DNA of 63,666 nt, the filler included, from Basidioascus undulatus (taxonomy: Eukaryota), in assembly GCA_000826855.1 (NCBI GenBank). It is 8 parts of 8 records of this genome, joined end to end, with 100 filler letters (N's around TTAATTAATTAA, not from the genome) between each part and the next. Parts side by side here need not be neighbours in the genome. Positions count along the whole stretch, not along the records: positions 47,853 to 55,715 come from JTLS01001477.1; positions 55,816 to 63,666 come from JTLS01001478.1; 6 more parts are not named here. One strand, written 5' to 3'. The translations under genes and the position numbers were made by a program. The notes under the pieces are model-generated. The model saw only the letters and a list, made by a program, of their open reading frames with translations, ran no database searches and was not told where the DNA came from. This document shows, one piece after another, positions 49,599 through 63,666 of the stretch (position 1 is its first letter; every line of letters starts with the position of its first letter).

Positions 49599-50330
49599 CT
49601 ATAAGCTTCCGACACGACCTCTCCCTCGAGTAGCCGCGTGCGCCAGATCTGCGGATACCCCTTCCCGAAAGGTCCGTGTCGTGCACCCACCCGGGTACAC
49701 CCCAGTTTCCCCCCTTGGCATGCATCTCCCTCGGCCACTCACGCTGTTTCTTGCCATATCGTCGGGCGTTGATTGAGAGGCCTTCTCATGGGTTGTATGC
49801 TCTGCCCGTGCGCGCTCGATGGCTGCGTGATCGACGTCGACATTGTTGTCTCTCACCCGCGCAGCCCGCTCTACGAACGCTACGATCCAAGGCTCGGCGA
49901 GCGCGAGAAACCATGCGCGAAGCTCGGAGCTGTCACGCCCGCGGCTTATCTCGTGACGGTGGATCGCACCGACGAAGCTCTCGAACAGATCGCCGAAAGC
50001 CTTGATCCCGGCGTAATCAATGCGAAGTGGGTGGCTGTAAGGCGTGCGCAACGTATGCAGATCGCTTACTTATGACTGCCCAATGACCGAAAAGCGTTGG
50101 ATTTGCCAATTCGGCCCGCAGAGCCTGCGGATGATGCCTGCGTCAAGACTTTCTCTATGTAACTTCCGATAGTGCAGGTGAGCGTACGCTGAGTAGACCC
50201 TCAGTCAAATCCTAAACCTCTCTTCGATATGCTCGCTGGTCGTCCAGGTTAACTACGCGGTAGCCAGAAACTTGTCGTGCTCGCGGCTCATGATCAGGTC
50301 GTCCAGAGGAGCATCCCACCGAATAGAGCC
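49599..50330 (-). pseudogene. RNase III-domain gene, degenerate or frameshifted
   Basis: KAFGDLFESFVGAI...LRAWF is the RNase III D-x-x-E helix. Upstream, LRAELANPTLF and a frameshifted signature-like EHDKFL/GYRVVN. Confidence 0.6.
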
Positions 50331-51912
50331 AGATATAGCAGCTGATGTCCTGAAGGCGGACGGGAGAACCGACGATCGCGAGGAATCTCCGGAGCGTATT
50401 CGGACGCCGGGGGGAGCCGGGGGGAGACCCCAGGAGGGGGTCGAGAATGAGGCGGAGGTACGAAGAGTGCGGCCGACATCGCGCCAGCAGAGAAAATAAG
50501 ATGGAGAGCGTGCGAAGCCAGTGAAGCCAATAAAGAACACGGTACGGCCTCTTGAGAAAGATCAAGGTCCAGGTCGGTCGAGCGGATACCGGGAGAACTG
50601 GTGATGGTGGTCGAGAGGCAAGAGAGAACGACTCGCACGACTCGCGAGCTATTGCGATTCCTCACGGCCAACCCAACAGGAGCACGATATTCTCTCAGGA
50701 ATGTCTGATATATGATACTATGTTCTGGCCCAGATTTCCCGTTGCTACAACATTTCATTCTCTCTGTGACACCTGTGGATTTTCCTGGTAGCTGGAAAGG
50801 CCGCCGGCGGCGGACGCATTGCATCCATATCTGGACACAAATGGCAGTTGAGTGTCGTCGAATTTGTTAGAGGTGTCGCAAAATTTGAGCTACACAGACA
50901 AACAGTGATGACGGGGGGAACCCAGATATACGAATGAACTGTCAGATGAAAGACACTACGGAAGCAAGAGATACTGCCCTGGCGCTGTGCCGTGGTATGC
51001 TGCTGTAAAAGCCTGAGTGCCTGCAAGATCCGCAGCACTTGAAGATCTACTTCCAATCCTGTTAACACCTTCCATCGTAATTGTCCGAGCAGGCACAACC
51101 AACCTGTTTGCGCTTTCTCAGCTTTCCGTGCTCGCTTTCACAAGTCACACCGCCTCCTGCAAGCATGTGTAGGTTCTTTTCATATCTTTAGAGAACGGAC
51201 CTAGATCCCGCCTCTGCCAAAGAAAGTAACTCTCTGTGGCAATTCCCGTTCACAGAGAAGGCTGCTGTAGGTGAAGGTGCTTGCTGAAAAACAGCGCCCA
51301 ACGTGAAGATCGAAGAGCTCACCGTCCGATGTGCGCTGCGCTGGGCTCCGCTTGCGGGGAGCTGTTGGGAAGACTGCAGAAGCTGAGAGGTTATTTCTTC
51401 TGGAGCAGTTGGACAGTTGGATAGTCGTCCCACCTTGGACCCTTTCAGCAGATGGACAGCCTGTGGAAGCGCCGCACACATTGCGTCCGCATGCAAGGGG
51501 AGGTGTGCTTGTATAGACTTTCACTCCGTGGTGCATACGTCCGCGGTGTATTTCTACGTCATATCTGATGCGTTTTATTCCAGAGGGTATATTGCTCTGG
51601 ACACTCTTCCCCATCCCGCGAACACAACGTCGTCGACTTCTCGCCATGCTTTTGATCACTTTGGTCTTCCCGGCCTTGGTGGCTATTCCCGCTCTCGCTG
51701 CGCTTCCAACATGCACCAACACGACCTCCGGGGCCTTCACAATGTATTCTCTTTGTTTATCTGATGACTGTTCATGGAAGATCAGGTTTGACACACCGCA
51801 TGGCAAGTCAATAATGACAGCCTCGTGGCCGCAGCGGGCGCAGCTGTCGGCGGTGAGGGAGCGTGGCCTTGACTTCAACCCTCAACGACTTCCCCATAAA
51901 ACCTCCACAATC

Positions 51913-51992
51913 ATGTCCCTCCCTGAAAATAACAAGCGCAAGCTGTTTGTCGGCAACATCGCGAGTCTTGTCACCGCACACGAGGTCAAGTC
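51913..51992 (+). pseudogene. Truncated RRM start (RNP2 motif)
   Basis: MSLPENNKRKLFVGNIASLVTAHEVKS stops abruptly at repeat-rich sequence. Confidence 0.5.
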
Positions 51993-52189
51993 TAGAGGTG
52001 TCGTGGTTCGGTTTCGGTTCAGAACCGCTGGTTTGGTTTGAAGACTGGTCTGAGACTTCCTCAAATATAGGGAACCGGAACCGCTAAATCGGTCCGGGTT
52101 CGGTTTGGTCTGCAACCGGTTTGGTTTGGGGCTTGAACGGTTCCTGAACCACAATCACACAATCAACAGAATAGCAGCACATGCCCCTA
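51993..52189. mobile_element. Small hAT-like non-autonomous element or element end
   Basis: Starts TAGAGGTGTC and ends GCCCCTA (weak inverted match). Packed with GGTTCGG/GGTTTGG/AACCG motifs in both orientations. No target-site duplication seen. Confidence 0.45.
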
Positions 52190-52921
52190 GAGTGGCAGGG
52201 ATTTAGCCTCAATTGACCTCTGGGCTTCCCAAGGAAAGTATTTCCAACAATCCATGAGTTTATTTAAAGTGCCCTGTTAGAAGATCGAGCATCACGCTGC
52301 GCGGGAAGCAGTGGACAAGTCATAAGACGTTTTGACAGGCCTCTGCGAAGCGGCTGGGCTATGCAGCTCTGCACAGGTTGCCTCAACCAGGCAGAGGTCT
52401 TTTAATACTAATAACCGCCTCAGGGACATCAAAGCAGGCCTAGTTGGTGGTCAAGAGCCAAACCGTGTCCTCGACTTCGTTCGCGCTCCAAGCTGCGGTC
52501 CAACACCCAGCTCCAGCACCCGGGCGTCGCCGAGACAAGCAGATTTTGCTTCACTTCCAAAACAGAGCTGCTAGCCTCACCTTCACTCGGGTACTGGTTG
52601 TGAACATGCAATATAAGTCATGATCAATACGTGTCCTTGCAATGCTTAGCTTTTTTCCTAAGCATCGTCGCCTCACGAGGGCAGGACGGAAAAGCTGCAT
52701 GAGGCCCGACAGCAGCAAACGGGTGTATTCGTTTTCGCCATTATGCGCGGTTACTGTCTCCCTTTTGGTGTCCTGCAAAGCTCAAAACTTTTCGATAAGG
52801 AGCAGCGATCTTCCAATGTTCGTGCTACGAACCTGCTCGGAGCTCCTTTGCCGCTTGCTCCTAGCCATACTCGAGACGAGGCAAGGGTCAAGAAGCTCGT
52901 CCGGAACGCGCATCGAGGTAG

Positions 52922-53598
52922 TAGTAACGTTCCGGCCCCAGAAGAGGCCACCAAAATGGGAAGAGGCCACCCAACCGGGAAGAGACCACTTTGCTTTTTC
53001 ACTCCCTGCTGCTACTCACTTTGCAACTCTTTTTTCTGAAGCCGGCGAACCAGTCTAAGACTACTGCTTCTCCTGCTGTATCTTCCCCAGTTTGACCTTG
53101 GCAAGCCTATTTGGCTGGAGATCGTGACAGAGGTGGAAGTTGGGAGGGTCTTGAAAAATTGCCCATTCTGCCGCAAAGATTTTGTTCTTTCTCCAAAGCC
53201 AAACCAGCATCTGCCTTTCTGACGAGTGATAAATCAACTAGTGGTTCTAAACATAAGGTCGAAAAGTGGCCGCGTGCGGCACTTTTCATCCGCCTGACAG
53301 CATGGCCCAGATTCCACGGAGGGCCAAAGAAGGACTTGGGGGTTGCTATGCTTCCGCGGAACCGAGGAGTAAAAAGTGGCCTCTTCCCGGTCGGATCAGC
53401 CAGCAGGGAGGCCACGGTTTGCAACACATCCCAAATCCCTTTCTTAACAAGCACTTTTCGATCTGATGAGCCCGTTCTACTACTCAGCAGCCCTCACGTC
53501 CAACACAGGTAGGCAAGCCGCACATATGGAAGGAACGAGGAGCCAGTGATGCTAAAAGAGAAAAAATGGTGGCCTCTTCCCGGTCCGGAACGTTACTG
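52922..53598. mobile_element. Non-autonomous TIR DNA transposon (MITE), about 680 nt
   Basis: AGTAACGTTCCGGCCCCAGAAGAGGCCACCA (52923) pairs with the reverse complement ending at 53597, AGTAACGTTCCGGACCGGGAAGAGGCCACCA (28/31 identical). Internal GAAGAGGCCAC repeats on both strands. Confidence 0.75.
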
Positions 53599-54753
53599 AT
53601 TACCCCCCCCCCCTTCCACGGCTCATGATTAACGATTTGGAAGTGTACCCTCTTTAAATAACTGTGATTCCACATCCAAGGGAAGGAGCCTGGCAACCCA
53701 TCAGCAGTCAGTGAGCAGCAGATGGACTCAAGTGGTCCCCCCCCCCTTTTCCGCGACTCACTCAAGCTGAGTCCTCGCCCTCTCTCTATCTCTCAAGGCT
53801 ATTCTACCAATATCTTCCCAAAACGTATATGCACCCTCATGCCTAATTAGGCCCGAGACTCGCTATCAAGGCATAGATAGACGTCTATAATTCCCCCGAC
53901 GTTGTTTTTTGGGAAGTGGTACACGGGGCCCGTTTGCAGAACTCATGCCCCTCTGTGGTCTTACTATTTCCAAGTGGTTGGGAGGAGCCAAGTTGTCTGC
54001 ATGGCGCCTTCTTGGATTCTGCCAACTGCCAGGGTGCCATGATACCCTCGAGCTTCTATACCAAAGCGAGGCTCCATAATGTCCAGCATAGGTAGACAGA
54101 ATCTGCCCCAGTGTTGGGTGGTCAGTGAACTTGCTAATGATGCATTTTCGTCACTCACCCATCACCCTTTCCACCCTTCTCCCGCCGTCCACCACCACGC
54201 AACCCATACCGAGTTGCTCACATTATCCCGGTTGTTTCTCACCTTGGCTTGGCAAACGAATCATCATAAGCTCAGCTGCTCTCTCTCCGCATCGCCGACC
54301 ACTCGCGCGTGGCTGACGCAGTTCTCTTTGTGGACGCATCCATACACCGAACGGAAGCGGAGCATCCACCCCTTCTCACTATTCTCTCTCTATCGGGTAT
54401 TGTCGTATCAACCACGAACAACACAGACCACATTATTCTTCCTGGCTCTTCAGCCCCGCACAGTTATCTCACCGTTCTCTTTCTCCCCTTCCTTGAGCGT
54501 CTTGATCAAGAGACTCCCACCAATCCCGTTGCCATTTCTGGTGTTGGGGGGGGCGGGGGGAGGGGAAAGTGGTCCGAATCCTACTTTACAATCCAAGAGT
54601 CATATCTGGAGTAGAAGTGCTTCGGTTGACAGCTTAGGTTTTCTGTATCTCCCCAAGGAACACTCCACTGATGATCCTGACTCTCACCGGGTCCTCCTGG
54701 AGGGCGGATGCGCGATGATCCGCGCTCTGGAGACGGCCCTCGAGCACACAGCA

Positions 54754-54783
54754 TACTGTGAAACTGCGAATGGCTCATTAAAT
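54754..54783 (+). other. Isolated 30-nt fragment of 18S rRNA (5' domain); not an rRNA gene
   Basis: TACTGTGAAACTGCGAATGGCTCATTAAAT matches the conserved eukaryotic SSU segment. The flanks do not continue as 18S (GAGAAG instead of CAGTTAT). Confidence 0.8.
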
Positions 54784-55715
54784 GAGAAGTCCTCATAAAA
54801 CAGCGTTTTGCGGTTTATCTCTTCCCCCCTCACTCACCTCCCTCTCCACACGCATGCACATGAGGCAATCTGACAGTATTCGCGTGCACATGCCATCACT
54901 CTGCACAGCCTTTGTTTTTGACCCACCAAGGGTGGGGGGCGCGGGGGTGGTATAAGAAGGAGGGTCGGGGGTGGATGGAGGACACGGTGGTTTCCTCTCA
55001 CATCTCCCATCCACCCGCTGAAGAACAGCCACCGACTACTCTCTCTTCTTCTCTCATTCCTTTTGCCCCGAAACACCCACACCATGCCCGTCGAGATCAA
55101 ATCCGGTCCAATTCAACGACATGGTGCGTTTCCCCCGTCCCGCGTCTCCTCCATTCAACTCTCCTTATGCACACGCTGTTTCTGACTACCACCGTCAATC
55201 CTCCTCCGTCCTGGAACGACCATCATGGTATGACTTTGGGGGACGAGGCACGCCAAGGAGGGCAAGCCTCTCATTATCCACTTTTGTACGCTTTTCTTTT
55301 CCTGCTCTTACATGTTGCTTGGACGTCGTGAATTGACGAAGCTCTTCTTGTTCTTCTTCTTACGATAGATACTACTTGGTAAAACCCCGCTTGTTCCTAG
55401 CAATACCCCCCCTCCCCTCCTCCCCCCAATTCTAGGATGTGGCGGCGGCGGCTCTCCCGCCCCCAGCCTCTCGTTCTGTCCCCTCGGCAGCCCCGCGCCG
55501 AGCTACGACGGCAGCAAGCCCGAGCCGGGCGCGCGGACCATCTCTGCGCGCATGTTCAAAGAAGAACACGGCGTCGAGCTTGGGCGGTGGGTTGGTGGTG
55601 GGATCGTGCCGGGGAGCCTGGTGCTCGAGAACACGAGGCCTTTGCGGTTTGGATCGGGGAGGAGCCTCGGTGGGGCGGGTGGGGGTGCGGGGGGAGAGGG
55701 GGATGGAGGGTATGG

Positions 55716-55815
55716 NNNNNNNNNNNNNNNNNNNNNNNNNNNNNNNNNNNNNNNNNNNNTTAATTAATTAANNNNNNNNNNNNNNNNNNNNNNNNNNNNN
55801 NNNNNNNNNNNNNNN
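55716..55815. other. Artificial contig spacer
   Basis: N44-TTAATTAATTAA-N44. Confidence 0.99.
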
Positions 55816-55816
55816 T

Positions 55817-58673
<2,857 letters not shown>

Positions 58674-58991
58674 ACATCTTCGCCGCACGACGAGAACAAA
58701 CTTGGGATCCGCTCCCATCTCTTTCCTTTTGGGGGGGGATTCTATTCTTTGGGGTCATGGAGGGACCGTGTCTATACGGCTGTGAATATGCCGCTGTTGC
58801 ATCGCATCGTCATTTCTGCTTTGTCCATACGCTCAGCGGACTCAGTCTGTTGCCGGGCTGTCGAGCTGTCACAAGTCACATCGGCGTGTATAAAATATGC
58901 CACGCACTGCCACGCTTGCGACCTTCGCCACACCTCCCACCTTTACACTCAGACGTGCCCAACAGTCTTCATGGGTTTATTGCTGAACCGG

Positions 58992-60258
58992 TCACCGCTT
59001 GAAATATGGTAGCACATATTCTCACTCGCCATCGGCGCACGACCGCTCCATCCAGTCGTTGTGTTCTCAATCTCCTCTTCGGACTCGTTCAACGTCGAAT
59101 GCGTGGCTTTCAATAGAACCAAGGCGACGTTGAGGCTCGTTTGTCGAGAGTGGGAAGGTATGGATGCGGTGTTTACGGGTGTATAAATACTGCAAGAGAT
59201 ACTTAGGCCGGGTCGTTTCGCTTGCAGTGCATCAGTCGCAGTGTCGTTTTCGGGAGCTCCTGCTCACATCGTTTGCCTCCCTTGATCTTCTGTGCGACCT
59301 AGCCAATTGACCCACAGACGACACTTCATCGTCGTTCAGTCCCGTCTGATTTTCTAGACATACTCTCGAAGCATACGTGCACCCTTATCGTTCGGACCAT
59401 CCGCCGCACTCCTCCGACAGCGTGTCGCCATACACCCCTCACAGATACCGACCCGCCTGGTCTTTCAAAGTTCCTCTCGGGCTTCTCTAATATCCAAGTC
59501 ATGTGGGCCTAGCCCTCCCTGCTAGCGCTGTACCTTCGCTCGTTGCTCCTGTCCGCGCCCTTCACATTCGCGAGCCCTCGCGCGCCCTCACAGACGAGCA
59601 GCGTCGATTGGGCACACAAGACGTCGACCTGGACCTGGGGTCCTCATACAACCTCGACACGCCTCAGCATCGCGTCGCGCTCTCCAACGCAACGCTCGTG
59701 AGGCTGGCGTCTCCAGTCGGCCGAGGTGGCTGACCTGGTCGTCGACCTCGAGCGGGCCGCCCGTCACCCTCGACTTGCTCACGTCGCTGCAGCTCCATAT
59801 CTCATTCCAACCTCCCGCGCTCGCAGTCACTTAATGCATCCCGCCTAGTGGCGCCAAACCTGACCATTCTTGTCCTCCTCGGAAATCACTCGGACCTCAT
59901 CACCGGCCTCGCAACCCTGGTCCAACTCCCTCTTCCCATCAGCCTTCAAGGGAACTTCGATCTTGGAATAGTGCTAGCTCGCCTCGAAAAGATTTCGACA
60001 ACCGTCTCGAACCTGTACCTCGCCTCTCTGGCTCGCCTACAGCCATACGACCCGCTGCGTCGCGTGTGCGTGCCTTGCGCCGCGCTGGTACGCCCAAACA
60101 ACGATCTCGACGGATTCTAGGAGCGTGCGCACGCCGGGAGTGCTTGAAAGTTGAAAGTGCTTTAGAGTTAGGGAGCACTCGGAGGACGTACCATAAGAGA
60201 GTGCAACTGGCGGAGCGGACGCTGCTGGCGAAGGGGATTGCGGAGGAAAGGCGGTGAT
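58992..60258 (+). pseudogene. F-box/LRR-like gene relic
   Basis: SPLEIW*HIFSLA...TLRLVCREW (F-box-like, with an internal TAG at 59010). Downstream broken leucine-rich segments (APNLTILVL). Confidence 0.45.
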
Positions 60259-60482
60259 TTCTACGGAGTCAATATAGTGTTAACCTTGCTGCTTCACTTG
60301 TTACTTCTTGCCTATTTTCTGCCATCCAACTCCTGGAAAGATGTGGCTTGCGAGAAGGTGCAAGCGAATACAGCAAATTGTCGACGTTTAGTCTCGCCGG
60401 CTCATAGATTCAACATTATATGCAGTGCAATCCGTAGGTTCAACAAGATACAGTTTTCAAACTGATTATTTCTAAGAAACTG

Positions 60483-61171
60483 TCAACCAAGCAAGAAGTT
60501 AAACCAGGGGACCGTGCGAGATTCACTCTTCAGACATTGGTCTTGGTCAGGGCAATCAATAAGAGCGCGGTATCCGCTCTCCTTTACGTTGCAGTCCCCG
60601 TTTCCGTCAACGTTGATGAAGGAACCGATGTCTTCGGAAGTGTCTCCGAAGACGGCACCGTAGCCAAAGAAGGAGCCCAAGCCGTTCCTGATGTCGGGGA
60701 AGCTGAGTGCCGTCGCGCCGGAGGTGTCCGCCGCGTCGCCGTCGATGTAGATCCAATGGTTGCTGTGGCTGGTGAGCTTGTCGAGGAGACTAGGAAACGT
60801 GAGTTAATGATCAAATGTCAGACTGGCTCTGTTCATGCGTTGGCACATTGTTGTGGGAATATGTAATCTACACGGACTTGAGCCGCACGGCGCTGCTGTC
60901 GGCCTGAACGACCTCGAACTTGGCCGCATCGCCGCAGTTGCCCACGTCGAGGAACGGCGCGCCCCCGTTACCGTCGACACGCTTCTCGATAACGCAGCCT
61001 GTGGACTTGACGCTCCCGGCAACGGCGCGGCTGACCTGCATCGTGACCACGTCGCCCACCTGCGTCGGCGCAGACAGGGCCGCGGGCGCTGCCGAAGCGC
61101 CGCTCCAGCTGCGGTGCGGCGGCGGCGGAGCCACAGAGGACGGCGAGAGTGGGGAAGGCGGTGAAGCGCAT
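60483..61171 (-). CDS. Secreted protein with signal peptide and Kex2-like site (one frameshift near 61095, one intron about 60790-60871)
   Basis: MRFTAFPTLAVLCGSAAAAPQLERR, then after a frame change TGCVIEK...FLDVGNCGDAAKFEVV...VRLKSV|LLDKLTSHSNHWIYIDG...GDCNV...IDCPDQDQCL...WFNFLLG*. Confidence 0.65.
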
Positions 61172-61473
61172 GCTGATTGATTGAGAAAGGTGGATGTGCA
61201 GCTGAGATTGTAGGAAGAAGGAGGGTGTCTTTGACTGAAGAGAAGCGACAGGCTGAAGTCGAGAGCATTTATGTGTTTGCTGACATGGCCTGAGCGGCAG
61301 CTTTCCGCCTTAGCTTGAAAGTGGCCACTTCGTTTACTCTATTCATACCTGCAGATGGATGGCAGAGGGATTCGTTCTCGCTAATGAGAGCAGGTAATCT
61401 GCATCGTCCAAGCGGCTGTCCTCGCTTGCAGGTCGCACTGTGGAAGCTGAACAAAGCCCGCAACGGCTAAGCT

Positions 61474-61790
61474 CAGGCTCACAGGCTATGAAAGTTCAGA
61501 GGTCGTCCACGTCGCTTGCAAAACAACCATCTACAGTTCGTCTTCTCACAGAAGGACAGTAGGTTTCTGTCGACGCGCATCGTCCCGCTCTTTGTCTGCG
61601 ACGCTAAGAGTCTGCATCGCCTAAACAACCCCTATCGGTTAATGAACATTGTTATTCAAAGCTTAGGTGGAGGAACCTATAAAAACCCCACAATAGCAAC
61701 ACCGTAATACAACAGACTCACAGGCCATGAAAGTTCGGGGGACTTGCACAGCGACCGTCTACAGTTTCGTCCTCGGCATAAGGGATAGCC
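61474..61790. repeat. Imperfect direct repeat of about 80 nt, two copies about 240 nt apart
   Basis: CTCACAGGC(T/C)ATGAAAGTTC...CTTGCA...ACC(A/G)TCTACAGTT...CGTC at 61478 and 61717. Confidence 0.75.
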
Positions 61791-63666
61791 ATATTGTACT
61801 CCATGAGAGGAAACCACCACTATATATGGTTGAAATTGGCACTTCTGTTCAAGTATGAAGTGTTATGGAGGTGGTCTCCGTAATCCAATCGTCGCTGCGC
61901 CCTGCTCAGGTTGCAGGCCCGCTATGCCATGCCGCATGGACACCTCTGCCTTGTCTGCACTCATAGAATGAAATACGACCAAATAAAGACCAGCGCAACC
62001 TTCTACTCAACTTTTACTCGGCAGTTGCCATCGCGTTCAGCCTGATATAATGCTGAGGTTTGGTATTCTTCAAGACCAGGCGGACAACCTTTTTACAACC
62101 GCGGGTCATCGCATTCACCGAGCCGAACACTACAATAGCGCCTCTCAGTACCAACTCCTCATGAAATGCCTTAACCTGTAGCATCATTCGAGTATGGCTG
62201 TGCTTTCACAGACTTACTGGCCGTCTCCTCCGGCCTGTCTTTCTCACTGCTTCCTCGTCGATGCTCTCGGCTGTCTGTGAAATTGACTGCTATCGCGGAT
62301 AACAAGAAACCTCACTGGTGTATCTTTACGAAGCTGCAATCCGGGCACAGCTCAGTATACAGCTCATGTTGGACCAGCAACGACGGGAGGACACCTCGAC
62401 TCGCACATCGCGTACGCGAGTTCAGCCGTGTCGTTGCTGCGCCTCACCCCTCCAAGTCGCGACTGTTCGATAGAACTTCATCAAAGGGCACTTCTGTTTA
62501 CTCATGAGATGTTTTGTAGTCACGACGAATGTCAAGGGTGCCGCGTGCTCGGGCCGGGTGGAGTGCAGACTCTTTCAGGCTGCATGCCCTGTCCACTGAC
62601 CTCGAATTATACGCCATCGTTCTGCCTGATCTCTTCGCTAAAATATAATACAGCTGCCAGCGCTCGATAGATCCGCGATCGATTGCGAACCTTTGAGGCC
62701 CAGCTGCCCCGCTGCCAGTACTCCAGTAAACACTGCCTCCTCGTCAACGCTCCTTGGCGCCCTTTCTTTGGTGTATGATCACGCTTGTATCCTTCCTGTA
62801 TATACATGGTGGAGCTTCACATATATGCAAACACGGTCTGTGCACGGTGTTGCATACCCAGGAACCAGCTCGAGCCTCCTCGCATGAAACGACTCGGACT
62901 TCCAGGACACAATCCCAGGTGCTCTTCCGATTTGCTTCTGACTCTTCCGGTCCGCCGCTGTACCGTTTTCACCGTAATGGGTTCATGGAACGAACACATG
63001 CGCCTGTTTATCCTTACACAGCCCCGCTTCAACGTTCGACGAACGCTCCTCGAGGTCAGCTGCGATGCTAACGAGCGACTCTGAGCGGCACGCGCGCTTG
63101 CCACCCGTCGACCCGCTCCGCCCCAGCGCTATGACGTTTGATTGTTGTCGGCTGAACGGCCGTGCCTCCAAACCTGGCAGAGCAATGCGAAAATACTACG
63201 TAACTGCTACACTCTGCTGTGAGGGTTGGGACGGAGGCTGAAAGATGAGGGAAGATGCGCGTGGACGTTAGAGGATGCTCGTCGTGGGTCGACTGTCGGG
63301 GCCTGTTTTTAGAGGGGGCGGTCGACGGTTGAGGGCGTTTCGCTGCAAAGTTGGTGGGCGCGCTGTGCTCGCTACTCAGCGTTCGATGCTCGGTTGATGG
63401 TGAGTTGAGATCGTTCGATGCACTGATATTTGAGTACAGGAAAATATGAACATGTTCGGAGAGAAAGGAGAGTAAAAAAGGAAAAGGGGCTGAGGGCTGG
63501 CCCGGGGGCAGTGGCGATGTCACGCGTCAGAACAAATGAGTTTGGCGTCGCAGCGCAGCGTCCGCCGGGATCCGCAAGCTCGCAGGGCAGGCAAAACCGA
63601 CGCCCGCCTCACCGCCTCTTTCTCTTTCCCCGTCGACATCCCAGTCCCCGTCCCGCCCGTTGACCC

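Noticed and set aside
53850..54090. LPMLD/YGASLWY on the minus strand, resembling a LINE RT C-terminal motif
   Set aside because: Too short and frameshifted to call with confidence.
54754..54783. rRNA gene or C/D snoRNA guide for the Am100 region
   Set aside because: The match is only 30 nt, and there is no box D at the required position on the antisense strand.

Overview
The window is not one locus. It is eight unrelated fungal contigs of about 7.85-7.89 kb, joined by artificial 100-nt spacers (N44-TTAATTAATTAA-N44), so adjacency across spacers means nothing. The short, frequent GT-AG introns and GC-rich codons point to a basidiomycete (inference). Recognisable genes are: a secreted bi-covalent FAD oxidase (BBE/AA7-like), a PhzF-family protein, an SRPK/Sky1-like kinase with a frameshifted catalytic loop, the 3' end of a Snf2/Sth1 bromodomain ATPase, a PSP1-domain protein, a Zn2Cys6 transcription factor, NDOR1/Tah18, SRP54 and ARG5,6. 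Accessory DNA includes F-box, kinase and RNase III relics, a CpG-decayed Tad1-like LINE, a CpG-decayed PIF/Harbinger element, a TIR-bounded MITE, and a 30-nt piece of 18S rRNA outside rDNA. The best candidate for a new system is at 9.4-11.4 kb. Two tandem genes there share a homologous promoter, TATA context, 5'-UTR intron and MKFT signal-peptide start, but encode unrelated cysteine-rich mature peptides. One peptide resembles the KP6 killer-toxin cysteine pattern. Family calls come from motif recognition by eye, not from database searches. Some frameshifts may be sequencing errors.
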